Source of the DNA: Massalongia carnosa
Taxonomy: Eukaryota
DNA length: 64,000 nucleotides
Direction: 5' to 3'
NCBI GenBank assembly: GCA_965645245.1
Contig: OZ287070.1
Location: 806,001-870,000, forward strand
Part shown: positions 23,581-35,805 of the stretch, in pieces
Layout: each line of letters opens with the position of its first letter
Position numbering within the stretch: position 1 is the first letter of the stretch
The notes under the pieces: generated by a model
Told to the model about the DNA's origin: nothing
Databases searched by the model: none
What the model saw: the letters and a program-made list of their open reading frames with translations, nothing else
Program-made: the position numbers and the translations under genes

Positions 23581-25475
23581 ATGGCTTTTCCAAATCCTGC
23601 CAATAACTTGTCCATACTACATAAATTACCAACAGAGATTTTTGAGAGGGTCTGTCATTACCTCGAACCAATCTGGCTCATGAACCTATCAATCACATGC
23701 CGTGGCATGAGCGTAAAACTGTCCTTGGAAGCTGCTAATAAGATATGGTATGATGCATTGCCAACAAGCATTTGGAGAAGCTCGGAGCGTCATCAAAACG
23801 AGCTTGAGCTTCTAGACCTCTGGATGCGTAACAATATACCTGGTTTTACCTTTGATTGCGTGGAGGGCGCTGTCAGAGACCATCAGCTAATTCGGACGTA
23901 AGTTCTTGGCATGCTGAGGATTTTCTTATACTAACACTGCACTCATAAGCCCGGCCAACGTTCCTGCAACTAACACATGGCCTCCAAGCCTCGCTGGCGT
24001 ATCGATTGCGAATGATCCACCTAGAGACTCTTCTACCGTGTTTCTCGTGATTAAGTTCAGACAGCAACTCTGGCTTACTCGGGGTATTCGAGGTCAGCCC
24101 ATAACGTGGCCTCAAATATCTATAGAATACTCCTCGGTTAGTCGTGAGCAAGTCAACCTACTTGGGGGAGCATATCAACCCCACATCAATTACCGTCGTG
24201 AGTTTATGGGCAGATTTGAGAGCGGAAAGCGCTGCTACATCTGCTTGACTAGGGTGGAGATAAATGATAGTCCTGTTACTTGTTGGCTTTGGAATATGCT
24301 TTTTTGCAAGGACTGTAAGGAGGATTACACTATAAGCAAGTAGACCTGGGCCAAGATGTGGGGTTGTTTTACTAATATCCGAAATAGCGGAGGCAAATAT
24401 AAGAGCACTGAGGATAGGAAACCTTGGACACATTCAATCCTTAGTCACTCTGCAGCCCTACATCCTTTACGGTCGAAAAACCTATTTTCTCCCTGAGATC
24501 AACCAGATTCTACAGGATCTCACAGGCGTGAACTATTTGGTACACCAGCTCGAGCTGTCGCAACGTGTTCATATGTCGCAAATGAGACGATTGGAGGCTT
24601 CTCGCCTGGAAACGGCTCGTCGTGCTGCCCGCTGGAATATTGTTGCTGCTGCTGAGCAGATCTGGGAAGGGATCGATCCAGCCCCTGACCTATTATATGA
24701 TCATGCAATCGGGACCACTTACAAAAAACATCGCGATTTTATGCCTACTGCCCAAACATTCAAAAATTTTCGGGAACGCTTTGCACCAACACATCTACTT
24801 AAGGAATTTCTCTTTCCAGCCCATAGCTTGAGTGAATATCCTACTCTACTTCCCTTGAACTCCGCTACTGGGTTTATGCCAGATCCGACAATGGTAATAG
24901 TCGTAGTTAACAGCTCCGATTCATTTGATGCTAAATGGATCGCAGAGGAAGCCTTAATTATGCTACAGTATCTGGTTGAATTCAAATCTCCACACTACCA
25001 TCAGAGTGGCTGGGGGGGTGCCGTCTCCACGTGGGTTAAGGCGGCGACAGATTACCACATTAGTCGGTTTGAGAAAGATTTGGAGACAGGTATGACGGTG
25101 AAATACAACGACTTTGTCACAACACTGGACGTTGAAGAACGGTATCGCCATCTCTTTGACTTAAAAATCAAGTCCGGGCTTAAGAAGGAGGGAGCTACTA
25201 CTATGATCCCAATGCCTGAGCATCCTGTCCGCCGCTCCTACCTTGAAAACCCTAGTGAGGAACACCATCGTCTCGAGCGTGTGTTTTGGAAGGCCGAGCG
25301 CGAGCGAGCCAGCGCAATCAAAACCTTCAATAAGCTTGCTCGTCACACAGCTCGTGCATGCCCAATCTCGGCGAAACGTTTTCCGGGCCAAGGTTTCGAA
25401 GCTCTCATGATGCACATGATAGCTGCACACCCTATAAAGTTCTGGACCTCCGACGAGTGGCACAGCCTTGGTTAA
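23581..25475 (+). CDS. F-box protein of unknown function
   Basis: N-terminal F-box (LHKLPTEIFERVCHYLEPIWLMNLSITCR). Introns 23898-23949 (GT-AG) and 24336-24387 (GC-AG) join three ORFs in frame. Cys cluster CYIC...FCKDC. Confidence 0.75.
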
Positions 25476-26186
25476 CTCGACCTGCAGCGTACAAGCTTGA
25501 GAAGATCTCTATCTCAAGAGTAAAGCGACGCATCGAACGTTGCTACAATCTTTATGGACACTACACTTTTCTTTTCACAATCGATTCATTTTCACCTTCC
25601 TCTTTATGAAGGTACTGGGCGTCTGTGGCCCGGATCACAAGGACACCCGGAGAAAGAAGTCCGCTTGCAACGTACCGCCTTTATGTATTCAAATGTACCG
25701 TTATGGTATGTTGCGCAGGAGGGGAAGAAAGGAACAATGTAGACGCTTAGTCTTGGTCCTAGACCTCCGCGATCTTGTGGTACTTGGCCTCCAACTTCTC
25801 CGCGTCGTCGGTTTCTTTCTGCAATGGCAGGCCCTTTTCATTTCCTGCTAGAGCCATACGCCCTCTATGAGTCATGTAGATAGGCTCATGGAGCAGGATG
25901 GCTTGACTTCCGGGCATTTTCTGGTCTTGATAGCCACCAACAGTTATTGCATGCAAATCCATTGATCCAAGTGTTCGTAGCGTGACTGGTTCCGGCCATG
26001 GATTGGAGGAAAGCACTTTACTTCAGCGTAGCCACCTGTTCATTCAACTATCTCATTTCAGTTGACCCTCATGAGGCTTGTGGGTACTCCGTACTCGTCT
26101 ACTTAAGCTAGTCAGTAACCTTCAGCGCGCACCTTGAACGACTCCTAATGACCATAGCTGTTGGGATATAAGACCACTGAATATGT

Positions 26187-26297
26187 CACGTGGTGGGAAT
26201 GATACCAGCCGTTAGGTAGATAGGTGTCTTATTCGATACCCTATACGGAGTGCCCAGTACAGACTCTTAATATAGGTGTGACCACGCGTCTCACGTG
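26187..26297. promoter_or_regulatory. Two E-box (CACGTG) sites upstream of HMG1
   Basis: GTCACGTG with core at 26187-26192 and palindromic CTCACGTGAG with core at 26292-26297. Binding by a bHLH factor (SREBP/Cbf1-like) is inference only. Confidence 0.35.
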
Positions 26298-26503
26298 AGG
26301 TGGAAAAGAGAGGCCGTTTATTTCTCGGCTCCCGAGTTGTTCTACAGCAAATGCCCAAATGGCCGGTTCGGGGAATCCAGATACACCAGACAACCAGATT
26401 ACCGACTGCTTTTTTTTAAATATTATGTAGGTTATGTAACCCTAGAAATCCTGTGGTGGGGCTTTCTTTATCCTTGGACCATTCACCGCCCTAACCCTTC
26501 TTT

Positions 26504-26562
26504 GATTTGATTTGATTATTCTTACGCCGTCCGTTGTGTCACCGGCCGAAGGCCGGCCCATG
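26504..26562 (-). mobile_element. 59-bp 5'-truncated LINE (or SINE) 3' end with a 14-bp target-site duplication
   Basis: Direct repeat CCTAACCCTTCTTT at 26490-26503 and 26563-26576. The insert shares 24 nt with the LINE 3' UTR at 59615-59638 and ends in TAAGAATAATCAAATCAAATC. Confidence 0.85.
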
Positions 26563-27022
26563 CCTAACCCTTCTTTAATTAACCTATTTGAATAGTTAAA
26601 TCGGAACATCAAATAGGGTAACTTGGTACGAATTTTCAGATTCTGGTTTTCAGATTTTACAACCTACAGTTCACGATTCTGGTTTTTCTGGGTGAGAGCG
26701 AATCCCCCGCTGCCCAAAACAGATTTTCTTGCAGTATCCTTTCAAGTCCATTGCTTCTTTGTAACTTCTGCGCCAAAGGCTGTTGTTACTGCGAATCCTT
26801 CAGGAATTGAGGATTCAGCTCCACTGCGCCGCTCACCGTTAAATGCACGTGGCCTTGTATCTAGAGCCGGGCTTGCCGAATTAATTTTCGCTGATGAGTA
26901 ATGCACAATTCAAGAACATGTCGCCGTCCAATTCCCTCTTCTACTAGTTGAGAATACGTCAATCTTCCTACGTAGGCGAATGAGAAAACGATACTCCAGC
27001 TGGTGATCTTGTAACGGGCATC

Positions 27023-30000
27023 ATGTTGGGAGCTTCATTTCTACCCGCTCGCTTTCGTAACGACCACAATCATGGGGGTTCGACAAATCCGGGCTACCTT
27101 AACCGCAAAATTACCCCTTTGCTACAGTCACTCGCCCGAAGCGCTTTTACTCATCCCATACACACTATCGCCTTCGTTGCGTTGCTGGCGAGCACCTCGT
27201 ACGTGAACCTTCTTGAAGGTAGCCTATTCGATCAAACAAACTTGGCAGGTAATGCTTCGGGGGGCCCGGATTTCAGGGAGCTTGTGGAGAGCAGTAGACA
27301 GCTTAGGATAGGAGAAGAAACAGCCTGGAAGTGGCAGGTCGACAAGATCAGGCTCAACGATAGTGATAGGGTGTGTTTCCATGCAAGATGGGTTGGGGCA
27401 TGAGCGCTAATGTTTTCCAGCCCACCCAACATCTCGCTGTGCTGACTTTGGTTTTTCCTCATTCTCGCTCGAAAAAATTCCCACGAAACGCACCTCTGGC
27501 CAAAAATGTACCTATACCTGACGAAATTGCCGCTCATCTGCTCCCTTCTACCTTGAATCTCTTACATCCCATCTCGCAAGACACCAACTTAGCCTTCTCC
27601 GTTCCTTTCGAGGAAGCCACCGCTTTTCTTCGCGAAGTCCAGGAGTTGCCGACGGGCCTCGAAACCCTAGATAACCAAGGAAACGATGTTCACCAACCAA
27701 AATTCTGGGTCGTTAAAACTGTCGGAGCCGGTAGCAGAACCCCTCAAAATACCATATTGAGTTGGAGCTCCAACGCGTGGATGGGTTTTGTAGATCTGAT
27801 CAAGGTATATATTTTCTGGCTTCCCACAAGTCGCCCCAACTTACAAGTATTTGGTAGAACGCCGAATCGCTGGATATCATCATTATGGCCCTTGGGTATT
27901 TAGCAATGCACCTAACATTCGTTTCCTTGTTCCTGTCCATGCGCCGCATGGGATCAAATTTCTGGCTTGCCACAACAGTCCTCTTTTCCTCCGTCTTTGC
28001 TTTTCTTTTTGGCCTTTTTGTGACCACATCCCTTGGTGTCGACATCAACTTAGTACTACTATCTGAAGGGCTTCCATTTTTAGTTGTCACAATTGGATTC
28101 GAGAAGCCAATCATCCTTACGAAATCCGTGTTATCAGCCTCTCTAGCTTCACGTCGTCATGGATCCCCGACAGAATCAGGCACGTCAGTCAAAGGGAGCG
28201 TTCCGGGAACAATTCAAAGCGCTCTTCAAACAGCGGTGAGTGAGAAGGGTTTTAAGATCGTTCGCGATTATTGCATTGAAATTGCGGTTCTGGTTGCTGG
28301 TGCAGCTTCTGGTGTGCAGGGAGGTCTACGACAGTTTTGCTTTCTTGCCGCATGGATCCTGTTCTTCGATGGTATCCTACTCTTTACTTTCTACACGGCG
28401 ATTCTGAGTGTGAAGTTAGAAATCAATCGCATCAAGCGTCATGTAGCTCTGAGGAGGGCTTTGGAAGAGGATGGTGTTAGCAGAAGAGTCGCTGAGAACG
28501 TTGCATCTAGCAATGATTGGCCCAAAGCTGGATTTGGAGTCGATTCGGCTGAAGCGAAAGGATCCGAGGATAAACTTGCTTTCTTTGGCAAGAAAGCTAG
28601 TAGCAACAGCGTACCCAAGTTCAAGGTCCTCATGGTAACGGGCTTTGTGCTCCTTAACGTCCTTAACCTTTGCACGATTCCATTCCGGGCCAACAATCAG
28701 AATACCCTGCCAACAACAGTCACTGGTATATCGAACTTACTCACCCCGCCTCCAATGGACCCATTTAAAGTGGCCGAAAAGGGTCTTGACTTTATATCTC
28801 ACAAAGCCAAAGAGCAGCAAGTCTCGATGGTTGTTACAGTGCTACCTCCAATAAAGTATGAGTTAAAATCACTTCAATCCGAGTTGGATTTTGACGAAAT
28901 AGGGGGCTCAATATTTGATGTAGACTATACAGATCACCTCTTGGATGCCATGGTAGGTGGCAGGGTCATCGAAGGTGTATTAAAGAGCATGGAAGATCCT
29001 ATTTTAAGCAAATGGATCATTGTTTTATTAACTATGAGTTTGGTACTTAATGGCTACCTTTTCAACGCAGCCAGATGGAGTATCAAGGAACCCCACCAGT
29101 CAGCTCCAGAGGTTTTTATCGAGGCAGCTCCTGGGGAGCAAACTCTGACTTTACCAACCTCGGAGATGGAGAAAGCCCCAGTTCCCAATACAAAAACCGC
29201 CCACCTTATAAACAGTTTCCCCAAAACCACTGTCTTTGAACCTATAAATCTGGAAGGCGTGGAGTCGAAAAGTGCTGCTGAGTGCGAGCAAATGCTTCAT
29301 GACCGCAAAGCTGCTCTGCTAAACGATGCCGAGCTGAGCGAATTGACCGTACGGGGCAAGATACCGGGATACGCGTTAGAGAAGACCTTAGAAAATGCAA
29401 GCGTTATGACAAGACTGGCTTCTCTGACACGAGCTGTGAAAATCCGGCGAGTACTAGTCTCACGCACACCCGCAACATCAGAAACTTCAAGCCTGCTTGA
29501 GGCTTCCAAACTGCCATACCTCAATTACAACTACGAAAACGTGCACGGCGCCTGTTGCGAGAATGTCATTGGTTATATGCCTATCCCAGTCGGTGTCGCG
29601 GGCCCCTTAATTATCGACGGAAAACACTATTACTTACCAATGGCGACGACTGAAGGAGTGCTTGTTGCAAGCACAAACCGAGGCTGTAAAGCTATCAATG
29701 CTGCCGGTGGGGCGGTGACAGTCCTTACTGGCGACGGAATGACTCGAGGACCTTGTGTTAGTTTTCAAAATCTGGTCAGAGCTGGTGCCGCCAAGATTTG
29801 GCTCGACTCCGAAGACGGGCAGAAAACCATGAAAAAGGCTTTCAACTCTACCAGCCGGTTTGCTCGGTTACAGTCGATGAAGACCGCGCTAGCTGGCACA
29901 TATCTTTATATACGATTTAAAACCACTACAGGCGACGCAATGGGAATGAATATGATTTCCAAAGGTGTCGAATGTGCGCTAAACGTCATGATGACAGAGA

Positions 30001-30743
30001 GCGGATTCGATGACATGTCCATTATTTCAGTATCGGGGAATTTTTGTACCGACAAGAAACCAGCAGCCATTAACTGGGTTGATGGAAGAGGTAAAAGCGT
30101 TGTGGCGGAAGCTATTATCCCCGGCGATGTGGTCCGCAGTGTTTTGAAAAGCGACGTCAATGCTTTAGTTGAACTCAATACGAGTAAGAATTTAATTGGA
30201 AGCGCCATGGCTGGCAGCATTGGAGGGTTCAACGCGCACGCGGCAAATATTGTTACCGCAATGTTTCTCGCCACGGGGCAGGACCCTGCTCAGAATGTCG
30301 AGAGCAGCAACTGTATCACGGTCATGCGAAAGTAAGTCGCTTTTCCTTTCTATCTGGTAACGGTGTGCTCATTCACTGGCAGCTATAACGGCAATCTCCA
30401 GATCAGTGTCTCCATGCCCTCCATTGAGGTTGGAACCATTGGCGGTGGCACAGTCCTCGAACCTCAAAGCGCCATGCTCGACCTCCTTGGCGTACGAGGC
30501 GCCCACCCCACGAACCCAGGCGATAACGCTCGGCGCCTAGCCCGTATCGTTTGTGCCGGAGTGCTCGCCGGAGAATTGAGTCTTTGCAGCGCGCTCGCAG
30601 CCGGCCATCTTGTGAAAGCGCACATGGCTCACAACCGGAGCGCAGCGCCCAGCAGAGCGCCCACCCCAGTTTCGGTGGCGCTATCTACGTCACCAAGTCG
30701 GGGACAGATACGGGAAGGTTTAGCCATAATGAATCGCCGGTGA
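27023..30743 (+). CDS. HMG1: 3-hydroxy-3-methylglutaryl-CoA reductase (class I, with sterol-sensing domain)
   Basis: [66 protein letters not shown]. Introns 27371-27420, 27805-27857 and 30332-30382. Confidence 0.97.
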
Positions 30744-31143
30744 CCTAGTCGTTGGAGTCCGCTGTAATTAGAGCGAGTGCTTTCGGAAAGGGATTGTTTC
30801 GTGCACACATGGGAGTCTAAATAGCATGCCTTTCATACCACCGACTAGACGGTGTTTCCTTGGGCATGTACATCTGCGCTAGCAAAGCATGAAGTTTTAT
30901 TCATTTAGCTTGGTGGTTAAGGATTTCCTTTATGATCACAGACCGGCATTGTCATTCGGGGGGGGTTATCATCTTTGGTACTTTGTTTTTTGAAATAATG
31001 CAACATAACCGTCCTGGTTGTCTACTCCACACGTTCCCAAACCAATAGCGCCATTACCATTGGTGGTGTGGGGTTATCTCAAGTGACGGATGATTACTAG
31101 TGTTAAAAGGTCCCACGGTCGAAAGTGAAATAGGTACAAGGTA

Positions 31144-32845
31144 CGGAGGATGGCACAAAAAGTCCTTGGATGCGCTAAGAATGGCACTAAGGATTTAGCG
31201 CTGCATCAATGCCCCTTTTCCATATTTGATTTATCATCTTTATTTTTCACATCAACCTCATTTTCAAACGATATAATGCATTGAAAATCAGGTCTATATG
31301 CAGACTTATGACATGATCAGTCTACATCACTGCTATCAGATATAATGTCTTTGCGATAGCGAATGCGACGATCTTCGGAATTATATGGCCGAACCACACC
31401 ATTGTCTCGACCCTCTCGATACTCGTTTCCTCCATTCAAAGCGATGACTTCTTCTATATGTCGTGGAATTCGTTCTATCCATTGCTGAATTTGTTTTTGT
31501 TTCGGAGTTTTTGCCCAGCACCGAGTCTATACTTTGATAGCCGTAATGCGATTTCGAGGTGCTCCTTTTCGTGTGGTTTGCCTTTTCATCCAAGGCCAAC
31601 ATTGCTCGATCATGTTCAAATCAGGAGAATTACCCGGCCACAATAAACGCAAGACTTCTGCATCCATAAAGACGAGGTCTTGATGTTTGGAAGCATGACT
31701 AGGGGCCTTGTCCTCCTGCACAATAGTATCGGGACGATCTTTTATACATACTTTTGCAAACGGAAGAAGTTTGGGAAGAAGAATAGTTTTTTGATAACGA
31801 TACCAGTCGATGCCCCCTTGCCTTTTCGAGCTACTTTTCCATGCTTTTCATCCCATTTCCAGACCGGTTTTCGACCTCCTTTGGTACGCAGTCCCATTCG
31901 TTTTATGCCTATTTCCAATTCCCAATTTTCTTTCGCTAGAGGCTCCAATGCCTCATTGATTTTGTCGATTTCTTCTTGAGTGGCACGTTTTTCTGCCGCT
32001 GTCTCCGGCTTCTATATATGAAAAGGACCTTTCTTTTCATACGAAAAACAACCCCAAAACATGAATTCGGAACATCCTTTCCATCTACGTCGAATGCACA
32101 TTTGAGCATATTTTTCTTTTGGAGTTCGCCACTGAAGTCTTCGTCCTTTTCGGGAGCCTAACACAACACTAGTTTCATCGCTCCATATGACATTCTTCCA
32201 GTCATCGAGAGTCCAATGACGATAACGCAAACAGAATTGCAATCGAGCCCCTTTCATTGCTGAATCAAGGCCTGGTTTCATGGTAGATTTGCAGGGACGA
32301 AAGTTATTGCGTCGAAGAAAATTGAGAATAGTTGTAGATGAGACTCCGTGCTCATATCCCAAAACGGCTGAGGATTTTTCTCTACCATCTCGACCATGAC
32401 GAACGTTGTCTAAAATGGCCTGTTCTACCTCAGACGTCACTTTAGGAGGACGTCCTGAACGACATGCATCTTCTACGTATTCTACCTTCAATATTCGCGA
32501 AACAGTGGGATCATATCCTCGATCTCGTGCCTTGCGCTTGATATAACTGATAGACTGAGTAGAGACTCCGGTGACTGCTTGAACGACTTTGACTGCTATG
32601 CCGTGTTCAACCAAAGATAATGCTTGTAACTTTTGCCCAGTAGTCAGACTATTGTTCTGAGTTCGTGATGTCATGATTCGAAGCATACAAAAATTTATTT
32701 GATGATATCTGATAAATGTAAGATGCTGCACAGGTCAAAATGTACAATATCTATAAAACCCCCTATTTAATTTTTAGCGTCCTTGCTGCACGACGCTAAA
32801 AATGCACTAATGCACGCTACCAAGGACTTTTTGTGTCATCCTCCG
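31144..32845 (-). mobile_element. Tc1-family (DD34E) DNA transposon, full length (1702 bp)
   Basis: 26-bp TIRs CGGAGGATG(G/A)CACAAAAAGTCCTTGG at 31144-31169 and 32820-32845, flanked by TA at 31142-31143 and 32846-32847. Confidence 0.93.
31334..32674 (-). pseudogene. Disrupted Tc1-like transposase
   Basis: RSGRPPK linker; VIWSDET; QEDKAPSH...WPGNSPDLNMIE with 34 residues between D and E. In-frame TAG at 32012-32014 and 31527-31529; frameshift in a G-run near 31815. 3' end approximate. Confidence 0.9.
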
Positions 32846-33510
32846 TACAAGGTAGTTATGTACTTTGTACATGGTAGTTGGTGTGGCTAGTTATGCCTTG
32901 ATAGTGAATAGGCAAAAGGAATCCTTGCCTCCAATTTGCCACATTTCAAAAAATTGCATTATCGTTCTCCTTTTTGTCAGCAAAGAAATTCCACGCCAAA
33001 AGAGACAGCTTCTCATATTTAATCACTTCCTCAGGCCTGCTTTGTGATCAATACATACCTCAGTCCTTCAGTAACACATTCCTGCAACGAGAAAGGCACA
33101 TAAGGATTGAAGACCGTCCTACATCCTCCTTCGAAGAACCTACCATCAGTCATACCAACCCTAGCTGCAAGTACGAAAGGGATACCTGAGTTACCTCCCT
33201 ACCCCTACCCCTATCCCCAACCGGCCTCTTCCTGAAGTTCCCGAGAGCTCGTGGCTTTCCCCGCTCATTCCGACTTCCATTTATCTTAATCATCCTCCTC
33301 ACTAAGCACGAGTGAATTAAGCGCAATTCTCACTTCCCTCTTTTTCACAATCCAACACCTACCCCACTACTGACACGTGACCTAGTGCCCCTCATTTGCT
33401 TCTCATTCTCCAGATCCTTTCGAACAATCGTTTCCTCCTCACCATTTTCTCATCTTAGACTTGTATCCTCCGCTACAACCACAAAGCATTTTCATACATC
33501 ACCCGCAGCC

Positions 33511-34291
33511 ATGACGATTAAGACTTATTTCGATGTCACTTGGGAAGGTCCAGATATGAATGCCAACGATAAATCATCTTCAGAGTCCAAACGTAATATA
33601 GTTTCTCTTCCCCTTCCCTTTTCCGCCTGGAAAACAACGGCGTGGTGCTTCGACGCCGCTGCAGAACGTTGAGTTGAGACTGGGCTGACCTTTTCACAGA
33701 CCAAAATGGCCGAATCAACTTCAAACTCTACGATGAGGTAGTCCCCAGGACCGCCGAGAACTTCCGTGCCCTTTGCACTGGCGAGAAAGGCTTTGGGTAC
33801 CAGAACTCAACTTTCCACCGCATTATCCCCGGATTCATGCTTCAGGGAGGCGATTTCACCCGTGGCAACGTAAGTCTTTGAATCTATGCAAAGTAGACAT
33901 TGTCTGATACAAGGTATTAATTACCATTCCAGGGTACGGGCGGCAAGTCAATTTACGGCGAGAAGTTTCAAGATGAGAAGTTCGATGTAAAGCACACGAA
34001 GCCGGGTCTCTTGTCAATGGCCAACTCTGGCCCCAATACGTAAGTCTCCGGCCTGGTTTCTGCCTTTTCAATGATTTGCCCCACTCATCTGTGTATCTAC
34101 TTAGAAATGGCTCCCAATTCTTCATCACGACCGCTGTGACTGATTGGCTTGATGAGAAACACGTAGTGTTCGGCGAGGTGGCGGACGAGGAGTCCATGAG
34201 AGTTGTTAAGGCCCTTGAGGCAACCGGCAGCACTCAGGGCACGATACGTTACAAGGGTAAACCTACTATCACGCGCTCGGGTGAATGCTAA
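33511..34291 (+). CDS. CPR1: Cyclophilin A-type peptidyl-prolyl cis-trans isomerase
   Basis: Introns 33593-33699, 33870-33932 and 34040-34104 give [31 protein letters not shown]...[31 protein letters not shown]...[19 protein letters not shown]...[12 protein letters not shown]. Confidence 0.95.
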
Positions 34292-34637
34292 AGGCCACAA
34301 ACAACACCAACCGGAGAGGCAAAAGTCTATTTACAGGGGGGGGTTGAAGGATGGGCTGCGAGCGGACTTCCCCAGCTTGATTCCGGGTTTGGTATTGTTT
34401 TTTGATATGAAGTAAGCTAGTTGAGGTGGTGTTTACGATTCTCCACTCTTATGCCCGAATAGATGCGTGAACGTGGAACTATCATTCTCCCGCCTTCGTT
34501 TATGCTTACCTCGTCTCACCCCAACCTTTTAACTATCGAGTAGCCAAAGGTAAAGCGGTCAGAATAGATGAACCCTGATATCCATAAGCCCCTGCCAAGC
34601 TTGTTCGTGCTTTCCTCCCCACACGTAGCGTACCAAA

Positions 34638-35513
34638 TCAACCCACCAGCCCACCTCTATCCAACATCCTCCTCCCATGCCTCCTCACGACTCCATCCAA
34701 AATATCTCTTACCTGTTTACATCCATCCACACCCACGGCCAACATCCCCTCCACCCACTCCACCCTCACACGCTTCTCAAGCACCAACACGCACACGCGC
34801 TCGCCAGCCCCTACCGTCGCAACCGTCAGCCACGGTAACTCCAGCTCCTCTGTGCTGCTTAAATCCAGCAGCGGGTCCGGTTGTGCGTTGCCCGATCTCT
34901 GTGCATCAGCCCCTGTCGAAGTAGAAAACGTGCTCCCCGCCGTACATGCCACCACGAAATCCAACATCGGCACTCCCGCGTCGATTAGCGCTAATGTGGC
35001 AGCGTTCAGACAGCACGCAAGCAAGGCGCCGTCGGCGCTTAGGACGGAGATGGAGATGTGGATGGTCGAATGCGGGTAAAGTTGGGTGAAGCAGGTGGTG
35101 GCGAATGCACTTGCGATGTGGGTTTGAAGGGAGGTTGTGCGTCTGTCTCCTTTATAAGTAGGGGCTTCCGTTTGGACGAAATGAATGAGAAGAGAAAGGA
35201 GGGGAAATGTGAAGTGTTACCGATCGCTTCTTCCTCCCCCTTTACGTCTTCTCTCCCCCCCAAAACCAGCCCCGCCAATTTCGACCTCGATCGCTGCTCT
35301 TCCGTCATCCGTCCCTCCCCCACCCCCACCCCTCCTCCCCTCCGCAGGTCCCGTAATGGTGCAGATGACTTTTGTGTTGCCCATTTCCACGTACGAGGAA
35401 CCGTCCGAGGCGGCTTGAGTGCTGATCTGGGCGCTCAGACGGCGAAGCTCGTTCCAGCGCCGGCCGTCAAGGCGGAGAAGGGAGAGCGCATAGGTAGAGG
35501 TGTCGAGGGGCAT
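34638..35513 (-). CDS. RRP41: Exosome RNase PH-like subunit Rrp41/Ski6
   Basis: LRLDGRRWNELR...SDGSSYVEMGNTKVIC. Intron 35150-35220. LYPHSTIHISISVLSADG..LACCLNAATLALIDAGVPM. Confidence 0.92.
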
Positions 35514-35805
35514 TTTACTCTGGGCGTGATCATGGGAGCGGAGGAAAGAGATGAGGGGAGGGGAGAGGAGGGGAAAGAAGCGTCAAGGGTAGGGCAAGAG
35601 AGGATAGTTTATAAGATTTGTGAGAAGACGGGGGTGATGGAGGTGAGGATTAGATATGTAAATGCGCCTGTAAGAAAAGGTAAGAAAACAGTTTTTTTGA
35701 GCTTTTAAGTTGCGTCTCCCCCGCTATCCTGTTATGTAAACCCCGCCTAGTTATCGATGTCTGCGTTCTTTTAATATCTACACCTTTGTTTGCATTTATA
35801 ATCCG

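Noticed and set aside
25759..26016. 85-aa minus-strand ORF
   Set aside because: No recognisable domain and no supporting exon structure.
26490..26570. CCTAACCC as interstitial telomeric repeats
   Set aside because: Single units only; the duplication is explained as the LINE target-site duplication.
20391..30743. Terpenoid or other biosynthetic gene cluster around HMG1
   Set aside because: Neighbours are unrelated housekeeping genes; no synthase, P450 or prenyltransferase is present.
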